Shown here piece after piece: positions 48,501 through 61,040 of a stretch of DNA of 64,000 bases (position 1 is the first letter of the stretch; each line of letters opens with the position of its first letter). Location of the stretch: assembly GCF_003918875.1 (NCBI RefSeq), contig NW_025767701.1, forward strand, positions 620,001-684,000. Reading direction: 5' to 3'. The DNA is from Haliotis rubra (Eukaryota). The position numbers and the translations under genes are program-made. The notes below the pieces were generated by a model that did no database searches, had not been told where the DNA came from, and was given only the letters and a program-made list of their open reading frames with translations.

Positions 48501-50465
48501 CACTACTCAGTTGTCATGACAACGTTATCGGAGAGAGCAGAACCCGTGTGCACTAAAGGGGTACACAGTGACCGCTCACGGCGTGTTGAGACGCCCACAT
48601 ATTTCGTTTGGTTTGATTGTTGTTTAGCGCTACACTCAGCAAGATTTCAGCTATATGTCGGGGGATTGTAAGTAATCGAGTCTGGGCCAGACAATCCAGT
48701 GAGCAACAGCATGAGCATCGATCTACGTAACTGGGATACGCTGTCAGCGAGTCTGACCACCCGATCCCTTTAGTCGCCTCTTACAACAAGTCTGGTTTGT
48801 TGAAGACCAATTCTAACCCGGATCTTCACGGGTAAAGCGCCCGCAGACAGACTAGTACATCTCTATTGCTGCTTGTTAATGATGATGGACGGTTTTAATA
48901 AAGTAGATGTTTTTGTGACATTTTAATACATGTCACGGGTTCGTTCTCTCAGTCCACACGCTCTGAGTTTTTATCTATTGAACCTAGCGAGACACGCCAA
49001 AACAAAAAAATGGAGGTTTACGTTATCAATATTTGGGCGGATTCGAAAACAATTTTAAAAACTGCAAATATATCACAACAAGTTAGACTTATCTGCAACC
49101 CTGTCATGGTGTGTAATCGACACACACAGACAGATCCCAGTCGCCCCAGGCTGTCCCAGCCAAAGAATATCGATACGTAGTGTGATAGATATGCCGTGTC
49201 AACCCCTGGTTATTCAAGAATACATGAAGGAGTTATGTCAGCACGATCAGACAGCATTATATCGACGCCTTGTAAATAATTAACTGTGATCAAAGAACGG
49301 TTTTTGTCAACAGTTATTCCAGACAGCTTGACGTGGCTGGTATATTGAAGCAGGCTGGACACAAAGAATCGATTGTGGAATGTAATAATACTGTCGATGA
49401 CGGCGTATATGCCGAAGGTGTATAGTTAGTTGAGACTGGACCGGACAATCCAGTGATTGATGCTGCGAACATCCACCAGTGGTGTGGTACCAAGACAGAA
49501 AGTCAACTACGTCATGGAGTCGCCAAGGTTTGGACACCTCATCAGACAACTCCAACCCGGAACTGCGGGATAACCGACTCCATCAACATTAAAACATCAA
49601 CCTGGAGCTGAACTATTGGAGACTGACCTGGGACATGAACGACATTCAGTTTGCAGAACAACGCGTGAGTGAGCTGCTTCATCATCTTTTCCACAGCGAG
49701 TAGAGTACTTTAGAAGATAAGGACTAGAATACAACAACCTGAGCTTGTCGTGTGAGGCGACTAACGAGATCGGATCTGGTTGATGTGCGTTGTATCTGAG
49801 ATGGATGCTCATGAAGTCAATCACTAGACTGTCTTTTCCAGACTCAAGTATCCAGCTGGAATATTGCTTATTACCACGTTACACGACAACCAAAACCTGC
49901 TCGAAGACATACTGACAGCGTAGGATTCGAACCAGGATTTCAAGATGAGGACCCATGGATTTACCCACAGTTCCGAGGTACCATTATCTGGCTCCGATAT
50001 AAAAACATGTACCTCTCCACGAGCCATCAAAACCACCCAATCACCAAGGAGTCGCGTCATACAGTTCAGCTGTCAGTTAACCAGTGACATCTGGTGTAAG
50101 TACTGGAGACAGGCTCCTTATAAGGACATTTCAATTACCCAACTCCTGTCACGGGGATTTTAAATCTGGTCTGGTAATATACATTCCGGGCTGACTCACC
50201 ACCCGAGTCAAGGCATTATGTAATATAAACTCCACGTGTCACCAAATAATGAAATTTGGCCAGTCGGCAAATGTTTAGGTTATACCAGGGAGAATAGAAG
50301 ACGGCAGTAGATTCTCCCTGGTTATACTGAGAATTTAACGAATTTAAAATCGTTGTATCTCCTTTATCATTTTACAACTCGCTGTTGATGGTGAAATAAT
50401 CCTTAGCTTTTTTCAAACATTTTATTAGCAGTTATGTATATTAACTTGTCAAAAAAATTAAAATT

Positions 50466-50600
50466 CGAAATGCTTGAAAACGGTATAAGCATCTATACCG
50501 AAACGTCTCTATTGTACAAGAAAGAAGTTGATCATCCATAAACACTTGTCATTCCTATTACTTACAACTTCTAGAATTCTTCTCAACAGGATTTAATAAT
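50466..50600 (+). ncRNA. Minimal hammerhead-ribozyme-like motif in a Penelope-type terminal-repeat fragment
   Basis: TTGAAAA-C-GGTATA(AGCATC)TATACC-GAAAC-GTC at 50474-50507; homologous minus-strand fragment at ~9040-9138. Confidence 0.5.
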
Positions 50601-50954
50601 ATTTAATATTGATGTTGTGTAACGGTGGGTGGTGGCACAATGGAGCTAAAAGGATAACTTCCATGGAGTAACTTGCCCCACACCCTCCTCCCCATCTCCC
50701 CCTCCCCCAACGTTAGAAGACTTGACAAGTGGGGTAATCCTTTGCTATAGAGTAAGTATAACATCAATACAACCTGTACACGGTATTGTGTGTGGCCTGC
50801 CGTTCAATACACACCGTGGACGGGATTCGTTTCAGTAGAGGGTCACATCGCAACGCTTATTGAATTAATTCATTGGGATTAGACACGAAATCGACAGGGG
50901 GGTCGGATAGAGAGTGGAAACTTGGGACAGCAGATATGAGATCTAGAGTGACAC

Positions 50955-51470
50955 GGGTGTGTTGGAGGGGTGTGTTGGAGGGGTGTGTGTGTGTTGGAGG
51001 GGTGTGTTGGAGGGGTGTGTGTGTGTGGAGGGGTGTGTTGGAGGGGTGTGTGTGTGTTGGAGGGGTGTGTTGGAGGGGTGTGGGAAAGGATGGGAAGGGA
51101 ACCTTTTGGTGGGGTAGGGGTGAGGAAAAAAGATCGCAGGGTAACGGGTAGGTGGTAGAGTTGGGGTGGCCGGAGGGGTAGAGGTAACGGTTAGGAGGTA
51201 GTTTTGGGGTGGCAGGAGGGGCAGAGGTAACGGGTAGGCGGTAGTGTTAATGTCGGGGTGGCAGTAGGTGGTAAGGGTGACGGGTAGGCGATAGTGTTAA
51301 TGTCGGGGCGGCAGGAGGTGGTATGGGTGACGGGTAGGAGGTAGTGTGAAGGTCGGGGTGGCGGGAGGTGGTAGGGGTGACGGGTAGGCGGTAGTGTTAA
51401 TGTCGGGGTGGCAGGAGGTGATATGGGTGACGGGTAGGAGGTAGTATTGGGGTGGCAGGAACGGTAAGGG
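50955..51470. repeat. G-rich minisatellites: GGAGGGGTGTGT(T) units, then about 5 copies of a 50-bp unit
   Basis: cgggtagg recurs at 51231, 51281, 51331, 51381 and 51431. Confidence 0.9.
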
Positions 51471-52824
51471 ACAAAGGTTAAGTGGTAGTGTTACTGTCAA
51501 GGTGACTGGAGATGGAATGGATAGATACGATGGTCGAGAAGAGAGTAATGGTTACGAGCTGGTGCACCCTGTGACGTTGGATGAAATAAAGATCCGATCA
51601 TGTTCCGTTATACAAAGGGGTCACTACGCCTTAAGCGGTTTACCCTCAGTAAGTCGAAAGTCAAGATACCAACAACCACAGACAACACTCCTCATCACAT
51701 ACCTAAACACAATCATATGGGAGCGGTCACGTTGTGCTCGTACTGACAAACATGTACATTAATCTGGCCACAGTTATGTATTGCAACATGATGATTCAGC
51801 GTTGGATTAGCGAGGCAGCAGTTTTAGGCATTTCACAGGGAGGATCACGAGAACTGAACCTATGTGGGGAATCGAACCCTAATCCTCGTCGCGACGAGTG
51901 AACGCTCTAGCCACAAGCCTACCCTTCTGCCTCCCAGCGTTAATAATACGAAAGATGAGGGTTATCAGGGTACTGATGGTGCCTAAACTTTGACTAGCCC
52001 AGGTTGATTCTCCCGACACAATTGCTACCTACTTACCTCTTCCCCTTCTTATCAAACCCTTCAATACCACATGCAGCCCAAAGTACCTTATCAGTACTCA
52101 ATGTCGGCCTGCATAAGTTTTACCACAAGTTTAAACCATCCGGAGAAAAAAGATAGGCAAGGTTTGATAGCTTTCTTTTAAACGGTTACAAGCAATTCCA
52201 GTAACACCCTGTTTCCGAAAGATAAATACAGGCCCATAAACTGACGATTTAGCCTATTTCTTTACAATAATGTAACAAATGAATTTTACGTAAGCGTGAA
52301 TCACGGTGAAAGCCTGTGGTCCAGTGCCAGTGAGTATGTTTATATTCCAGCAACATTAATTTGGGGGACACCAGAAATAGGTTTTACACATTGTACCCAA
52401 ATAGGGATTTGAACCCGTTCTTTGGTGTGTGGTTCAACTAGTGAGAAAAGAGCAATTACGTTTATTTTAGATGAGAACCGATAAGAAATGTTTGCTTATA
52501 AGTCCTGGGCATGTCGTACACTATCTCAATGACGTCATTCGCATGGTTTTATATTCTTCCGCTGCTGGGGGCGGTGGGGTAGCCTAGTGGTTAAAGCGTT
52601 CGATCGTCACGCCGAAGACACGGGTTCGATTCCCCCACATGGGTACAATGTGTGACGCCCATTTCTGGTGTCCCCCGCCGTGATATTGCTGTAACATTGC
52701 TAAAAGCGGCGTAAAACCCAACTCTCACTCACTCTCACTCACTCTCACTCACTCACTCACTCACTCACTCACTCACTCACTCACTCACTCACTCACACTC
52801 ACTCCTCACTCACTCTCACTCACC

Positions 52825-53019
52825 NNNNNNNNNNNNNNNNNNNNNNNNNNNNNNNNNNNNNNNNNNNNNNNNNNNNNNNNNNNNNNNNNNNNNNNNNNNN
52901 NNNNNNNNNNNNNNNNNNNNNNNNNNNNNNNNNNNNNNNNNNNNNNNNNNNNNNNNNNNNNNNNNNNNNNNNNNNNNNNNNNNNNNNNNNNNNNNNNNNN
53001 NNNNNNNNNNNNNNNNNNN
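52825..53019. other. Assembly gap (N run) after an expanded (ACTC)n SINE tail
   Basis: 195 N. Confidence 1.
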
Positions 53020-54074
53020 GGGAAATGTCTACCGAATCTTGTGTAACTTCCTACGTCGTGCCATGAAGTGTTGCGTGCAGACCGAATCCCGTGTCGCAAC
53101 CGAATCTATCGTCACATGACCTGTCGCGTGCTTTATAATGTAGTACCGTTATAAACCGCTAACAGCAAAGGCCCGGATGTAATCGGTTGGAAACTAACAT
53201 GTAGGGCTTCCTTCAGGACGTAAGTCGGTGCATGTGGTTTCAAACCATTCTTCATTCTCGAAACAAAAACTTCATTGTTCTGGTGTATGTTATTTATACC
53301 CGACATCCGGGTATGTCAACTGAGGTAGCCCACGCCACTATGTCACAGTGAATGTTTATCTACACTCCTTGTAACATACATACATCTAGGGAGAATTGAA
53401 TAGCTACGGCACACAGCGCCACGGGGCACAGGCATAACTTCACCGACGTGGCAGAATGTATTACGGGAGCTGAAGTAGCTATTTGAGTCATATGGAAAAT
53501 ATGCGGCTTGGTGATAACGTCTACTATTTTCAAAAGATGAATATGTCTCAATGTCAGCAATTAATCCACATTTACCTAATAACAGCCAGTGGATGACTCA
53601 CTATGAGAGAGTGCGGGGATTTGGTAATGAGTGAGTGAGTGAGTTTACGCCGCTTGTAGCAATATTGCAGCAACATTACAGCGGGAAACACTAGAAATGT
53701 CTATCACACATTGTAACCATTGGGAGTGAGTGAGTGAGTTGGGTTTTAGCAATATTCCAGCAATATCACGGAGGGGGGACACCAGAAATTGGCTTCACAC
53801 ATTGTACCCATGTTGGGAATTGAACCCGGGTCTTAGGCGTGACGAGCGAACGCTTTAACCACCAGGCTACCCCACCGCCACTGTAGCCATAGGGGACCCC
53901 GTCGTGATATTGCTGGAATATTGCTAAAAGAGGCGAACGGCTAAACCCAATCACTCTTCGGTGAAATACATGAACACGTGGGTGCAGCTGACAAATCTAG
54001 AAACATGATCGGGACAAACCGGGGTTCGAACCCACAATCACAGGATCCTGGTGTACCTATACTCATGGACGCAA

Positions 54075-54212
54075 ATAAGGGAACACATGAAAGTACAATT
54101 GTTCCTTTATTCTTTCCCAGGTTTCTTCACAAGGATGTATTGCACTGTGGGTGAAATTCTGAGAATAAATAAAGGAACACTTTCTGTACTTTCATCTGTT
54201 CCCTTATTCGTT
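54075..54212. mobile_element. Palindromic MITE-like element (family shared with 58246-58415)
   Basis: aataagggaaca...tgttcccttatt arms with internal aataaaggaaca/tgttcctttatt. Confidence 0.6.
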
Positions 54213-54840
54213 TCGTTCCAGAAATAAGTTAATTTTAAATATTATATATCATAGAATAGTATATCTACCAAGGTTTATTATTTAATAATCACTTTAATAC
54301 CTACGAACAATCAAACAAACAGGGCGCACAGCCGGTGCAGTTCACTGGTGGTGGGTTCGAATCCCATAATCGCCCATGCTACTGTTGAATTATAAGCACT
54401 ATACCCGCGCGTCTTGCGTTTGACAACAGCGATAAGCATGACACAGGGTCTATTGACTCAAGCCTACTTCGTAGTACTAGGAACAGAACCACAGTGACGT
54501 GGTGTTTGCCCCGTTATGTCGTTAACGTCGCTGTTCCTTCTAGTTATGTCTACAAATATTGTCCAAGAAAGATCGTTGTGGGCCAACATATGGACCAGTG
54601 CCGGAACAACGTCTTAATTAGTTCACAGGGCAGATCCTAATTACTCAGGCCACTGTGTAATTACTGACCTTGTTGTCTGACCTTGAGAGGCCGTCTACGC
54701 GTCCGTCGGAGCGGTGACCTAGACCCAGTCAATATTTACAACAAGAGCTCTTCACACCTTACTCTGGACAGGTGAAATTAGCCGTGTGTCCACACATCAG
54801 GATGTCTCCAGCAAGGTTTCAACGGAACGAAGGGAAGAGT

Positions 54841-54998
54841 GAGTGAGTATTCTTACGCCGCTTTTAGCAATATTCCAGCATTATCCCGACGGGGGACACC
54901 AGAAATGGACTTCACAAATTGTACCCACGTAGGGAATCGAACCCGGGTCTTCGGTGTGACTTGCGAACACTTTAACCACTAGGCGACCCCACCGCCCC
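54841..54998 (-). mobile_element. Family-A SINE
   Basis: Flanking direct repeat aagggaagagt (54830-54840 / 55004-55014). Confidence 0.88.
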
Positions 54999-55886
54999 TG
55001 GGAAAGGGAAGAGTTGGCAGTAGCAGACAAGGCAGCAGGGGATAGCTAGGGTACTAGTAATATGGGGGTGTGGGGCAGAGGTGAAGACAGGTTTAAGTAT
55101 GGCGGTGCAAAGACGGCGTTGGTTTTTCGGCGGTGGGGATGGGGTGAGAACAAAGGAGGGAGGCTGAGGGTGGTACAAACGTTTGTTTCTGGGGGTGGGG
55201 AGGGGTGTGTGATGGCTTGCGGGTAATGGATAAAACGTGTGTGTCTGAAAATTGGGGACTGGGGTGTGGCATAACGACATGAGAATATCATTGTGTGGTC
55301 GACCTTGGAAATCATGTACTTCAAATCAAATGGGACAAGTGTCGTACTATTACGACGGCGGCTGTGAGACTCGAGTGTATACATGTATCCGTGTTTATGG
55401 GGAATGGGTATGGTTAACCTCCATGGGAATGCCTGGAGTGTTTTGTCAGATAAGACGCGAAGGAATATATTATGCCTTCAATATTCAGCCTATGAAGATC
55501 CGGGTTGGTCTCGGTCCTCAGTGACCCATACTTGTCGTAAGGCAGCAAATGTATTTCTGTTTTGTATGCCGAGTCGGAGTGGAGCTTCAGAGAAGGCAGA
55601 AGAATCAAAAGCAATGTATTTAGTACAAAGCGGCAACAGCAAGTAACAAGCGAAGATATACGAACAAGCTCAAACCGTGTCTCCTTCACGAGCCATCCGG
55701 TTAGGGGTATGTGTTACGTGAGGTGAGGTGGGGCGTGCTGTGTTGAGGTGAGTTGTTTTCAGAGGTCAGGGGTGTTAGGGGAGGTAAGGGGTGTTGAGAA
55801 ACGGGAAGGGGTGTTGACGTGAGGGGTGTTGAGATCAGGTGTGTTGAGAAGGGGGGGGGGGTGTTGAGGGGTGGCGAGTAGAAAAG

Positions 55887-56129
55887 TGAGTGATTGAGTT
55901 TAGTTTTACGCCGCACTCAGCAATATTCCAGCTATATGGCGGCTGTCTATAAATAATCGAGTCTGGACCTGACAATCCAGTGATCAACAGCATGAGCATC
56001 GATCTGCGCAATTGGGAACCGATGCCATGTGTCAACATAATCAGCGAGCCTGACCACCCGATCCCGCATAGTCGCCTTTTGCAAGCATGGGTTGCTGAAG
56101 ATCTATTCTATCCCGGATCTTCACGGGTC
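55887..56129 (-). mobile_element. Family-C element
   Basis: TSD gagtagaaaag (55876-55886 / 56133-56143). Confidence 0.88.
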
Positions 56130-56433
56130 GGTGAGTAGAAAAGAACGTCACGTTCAAGATTACTGTCCTGATAGAGAGACGCTTGCTCACGTCAACGGTG
56201 AGTGTGATTGCTTGTACGCTAAGACCATGATGCAGTTTAACACAGATACCCTACTCTGACACAGCTTACTGATTCAAATCCGACCAGTCTTCGTTTATCC
56301 CCCTCGTGACAAGCGCAGGAACGGTGAAAACAATTACCATCTTTTGACCGCTTCTAGTAAGACGCTGCCGAGGGTCGAACCAGTGACCGTCCGGCCTCCG
56401 AACAGACGCCTGTGCTGTACACCCTTTAATGCT

Positions 56434-56777
56434 CCGTGGTGGTAGTGGTTAGTGCGTTCGCCCTGAGAGTGGAAGGTCGCGGGTTCGATCCCCAACCGCG
56501 TCAAGCCAAAAGACGTTAAAATATGGTACTTGTTGGTCCCTGCCTGGCGCTCGGCATTAATGGGTACAACGAGGACTGGTCGGCTCGGAGTCAGTATAAT
56601 GTGTCTGAGTAGGGTATTCATGCTTCACTGCGGCATGGTATCTCAGTGGGCTAGCACTATAAAACCAGCTTCTGTCTGGGCTAGTACAAGCAGCCGCACA
56701 TACACATACACACGCATGCACGTCGTCATATGAGTGCAATATTCTCAAGCACGACTTAAAACCAAATTTCACCTCAC
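56434..56777 (+). mobile_element. Family-B SINE
   Basis: TSD ccctttaatgct (56422-56433 / 56778-56789). Confidence 0.9.
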
Positions 56778-58245
56778 CCCTTTAATGCTGAACGTAGTTT
56801 GTGTAACAACCTTTACAATCTTCTAGCATCTTTTCGTTGTGATGCGCACTGGCGCAGATTATACAGTTTAACACAAATATTTCATCAGTGTTTCTTGTCC
56901 CCACTGAAAACATGGTATCCACAGCTCCCATATTTAACGTGCATTATGCTACAGTCTTCTCCAGGATCAAACAACCATCTCCGTCACGCAATCCACTCAC
57001 TGTGTGGATTAAACACCTTCATCATATTGATAATATCTAACAATGTTTAAACATGCTTCTCGTGCCCCGTGCTAGCTGTGCTAACCAATATTCAATTGTG
57101 CTCAGGGCGTGGTATGATTCCGGAATGGTTGAAATGTAGATGGTGTATATTTGTCATATCGTCCCGACATAACAACGTCTAGAAAGCGCGCCGCCATGGT
57201 CAATACGTTCGCCTGCATTGCGACCCACCGTCACAAGCCCCAGTGCGTGTTTTCTGGCCAAACAGAGGACAAAGGGCTTTTCTTAATTATATCAGCATCG
57301 TTTAAACATTAAGCGCTATTATGCCAACAAGCGGTTGCAATGTCGCAAACAGCAACGCAGAGGCCAAATATGCAGCAAATATTGATGCCGAAAAGCGTTC
57401 TGAAGGTCGATTGACAGGTTGTGTTGATAGTCTCTAACTTGTGCCAAAAACCGTCCACGATGTCGTGAGTACAGGGATTTTGTCATGTCTTGGCGAAAAT
57501 TAAACTGTTACGTGTAATATTTGTTGGAAAGATTTGAGACAGTGGGCAATGTCTCACCTTTGAGATAAATTATTGACACAAGTAATTGCCTTGTCTGACG
57601 CCGCTACGGTACTCCCGCTGCTGTTGCCTGTTTGGAGCGACTTGTAATACACTAAGATATTCTCCATCCTTACTCAAAAACCAAAAAAACCCGTGAAGGT
57701 CCGGATTCGAATGAACCTTCAGTAACCCATGCTTGTCGTAAGAGGCGACTAACGGAATAGGGTGGTCAGGCTCGCTGGCTTGGTTGACACATGTCATCGG
57801 TTCCCAGTTGCGCAGACCGATGCTCATGCTGTTGATCCCTGGATTGTCTGGTCCAGACTCGATTATTTACAGACCGCCACCATATAGCTGGAATATTGCT
57901 GAGTGTGGCGTAAAACTAAACTCACTCACTCACCAAACCATAAAAACAGCATGTGTTAACTAAAGTAGAAGTGTGTTTGTTTGTTCTTCAACACCGCGCT
58001 CGGTAATATTCCTGTCATAAATGGGCTCCATGCTAAGAATCGAGTCTGCACCAGACAATCCAGTGATTGGTATTGTGAGGGTGTTGGGAGTATAAAGAAA
58101 AAAACTAATCCCGGTGAATCTGGGGTTGTAGAATGTTACCGATTGGTCAATTTTAGGTCATAATATTTCATGCAATAGTGGCCATAGTCCAACACTATCC
58201 GATACAGCGCTTTTCACATATGTGCCATTTCGGCATATCAGTTCA

Positions 58246-58415
58246 TCATATACTGAGAGAAACAAATAAAGGAACACGTGAAAATACAAGTGTTCCTTTA
58301 ATATTTTCTTGTTTTCATCACCAGCTTTGTAAAGCGCTGAGGGAGGAAATCTGGGAATAAATAAAGGAACACTGCCATGAAGTGGTGTTCCCCTAATTGT
58401 TTCCTTCAGTATATG
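58246..58415. mobile_element. Palindromic MITE-like element
   Basis: catatactga...tcagtatatg termini with nested ggaacac/gtgttcc hairpins. Confidence 0.65.
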
Positions 58416-59434
58416 TTGTCATTTCGTTAATACATTGACATGATTGGCGATGTAGATATGATATACTCCCAGTGTTGGTGTAAAGTGTGACCTACACAGC
58501 TCATGGTGGTAGATATGTACACGGACCGGCACGAATCCCATAATTTACCGTTATCATTTGAATTGACGGCCAACCGGTTTGTGTCAACACAGAATAGCCT
58601 CCTCCAATCACCCGCTGCGTTTGCCGTCCTCAGCTGAAAATCCGCTTTTGTTCAGTGACTTGGTTTGGTTTTACCCCTGCTTTTTAGCAATATTGCAGTA
58701 ATATCACGGCGGGGGACATCAGAAACGGGCTTTACAAATAGTACCTACGTGGGGAATCGAACCTGGGTTTTTGGCCTGACGAGCGAACGCTTTAACCACT
58801 GTGCTACCCCACTGCTCCCTGAGATATATGATACACAATGTCCCGTGTGTCAAATGAACACAGCCAATACTAAAATGTATCTACGTGTCAGGGAACCTCC
58901 AGCCGAAGTGTTCATTCATAGGTAATCAATGGTGAACGTTTTGATATATGTATTACTATCCCTGACACAAACCATTTCAAACGTCAACTGATAAATATTA
59001 ATGTTTCTATACAGACATCCCACTCAACAGCAATACATGCTGTTTTACTGTTGAGATGACACCTGGAAGATAATGTCAACACCTGCTGTTTGTAGTATAC
59101 GATTTAGAATCTGTTTAACTACACATCGCATTAGAACAGGCAAATAAAGCTGGAAATGGTTGCTTCATGACGATGTTGTCCCTAGCAACGGGGCCGTTTC
59201 TACAGCGAGGAGATATTACGTAACGTAGCGTACGGCCGTGAAATCTGTTGGAGACCAGGTTTCAGGTTTACTCTGGTAAATAATTACACTTAGACTCCGT
59301 GTGATGTATTATAGAAGCACGCCAGTAGAAGAAGCAGTGATGTTGCTATGGCTACCGTTAAATAGAAAATATGTTACACGACGTGGAGTCTTCTCATATC
59401 GTCGTAAATCCCCAGCGTCTCAACATATTCCTGG

Positions 59435-59745
59435 ACGGTGGGGTAACCTGGTGGGGGTAACCTGGTGGGGGTAACAAAGTGGGATAACCTAGTGGGGTAA
59501 CCTGGTGGGGTAACAAAGTGGGGTATCCTGGTGGGTAACAAAGTGGGATAACCTAGTGGGGTAACATGGTAGGGTAACAAAGTGGGGTATCCTGGTGGGG
59601 TAACCTGGTGGTTAAAACGTTTGCTTATGCCAAGGGGTTCGATGCCCCAGATGGGTACAATATGTGAAGCCCATTTCTGGTGTCCCACGCCGTGATATTG
59701 CTGGAATTTCGCTAAAAGAATCGTAAAACCAGCTCACTCATTCAT
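59435..59745 (+). mobile_element. Family-A SINE whose A-box region is expanded into a minisatellite
   Basis: About 12 units of gtggggtaacct(a/g)/gtaacaaagtggg precede a normal SINE body. Confidence 0.85.
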
Positions 59746-60554
59746 TCCATCTTTCTTCGTGACATGCCGAAATCTCTCCCCCCTTATCCTCATCCCGGGG
59801 AGGCGGGTCAGCCCCAGCGGTTAAAGCGTCCGCACGTCTCGCTGAAGATATGGGTTCTATTCCCCACATGGTTACAATGTCTGAAGCCCATTTCTGAAGC
59901 CAATTTCTGGTGCCCCCCGCGGCGTAAAACCATTCACTCACTCACTCACTCATTCACTCATCCACCCCAATCTCATCCCTACCCCAATTTCTATCTCTCC
60001 TCCAAACCATCGCCTCTTCATAGCCCCACTCGATGACGATATATTGCTGGTTGTGCCACAGTCCTACAGTTTGTAAAGTCAGTTATCTCGGAACATTAAA
60101 CAATGATGGAATTCCAGGTTCCCAGTGACTTGTAGATTATTCATATGTCTCTGTGACCTGCGCAATGATAACGTCTAATGCGGCGAGAGACTGTTTTAGC
60201 CCATTCGTCACAGCCGTCATGGCAACCGAAAAACATACGTGAACCAAGATATACTCGAAGGATAAATGCCTGTTTCTCTGTCTTTCTGAAAGCACATTTT
60301 TTTGCGCCACACATGTAACAGTTAAAAATATGTTATACAGGTATAAGAGCAGTGGATCTTCATCACCAGGGTACAGTGAAATGACGGCGTGATGGACACG
60401 CCTTAACACTTGAGCGAGTGTTGTTTTACGCCGCACTCCAGCTATATGGCGGCGGTCTGTAAATAATCAAGTCTGGACCAGACAATCCAGTGATCAACAG
60501 CATGAGCATCGACCTGCGCAAATGGGAACCGATGACATGTGTCAACCAAGTCAG

Positions 60555-61040
60555 CGAGCCCGATCCTGAGTGAGTGAGTGAGTATGTGAGTGAGTGAGTA
60601 TGTGAGTGAGTGAGTATGTGAGTGAGTGAGTATGTGAGTGAGTGAGAATCGTCCGACGTCCTTAGGAACATAATGTCACTTACTAATTGCGAGCCTGATC
60701 CCGAGTGAGTGAGTGAGTTTGCGAGTGAGTGAGAATCGTTCGACGTCCTTTGGAACATAATGTCACTAATTGCGAGCCCGATCCCGAGTGAGTGAGTGAG
60801 TATGTGAGTGAGTGAGGAAGGAAGTCAGTGAGTGAGTGAGAATCGTCCGACGTCCTTGGGAACATAATGTCACTTACTATTTCTCATAGCATCTTACAGA
60901 AAGCATAAGATACTGGTTACATTCTCTATATGTGTGTCAGTGTGTCAGTGAGTGAGTGAGTCAGTGAGTGAGTCAGTGAGTGAGTCTGTGAGTGAGTGAG
61001 TGAGCTACTGGTTACATTCTCTATATGTGTGTCAGTGCCA
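60555..61040. repeat. Tandem units built from a family-C fragment, (GAGT)n and a unique 35-bp block
   Basis: gcgagcccgatcc...aatcgtccgacgtccttggaacataatgtcact x3. Confidence 0.8.
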
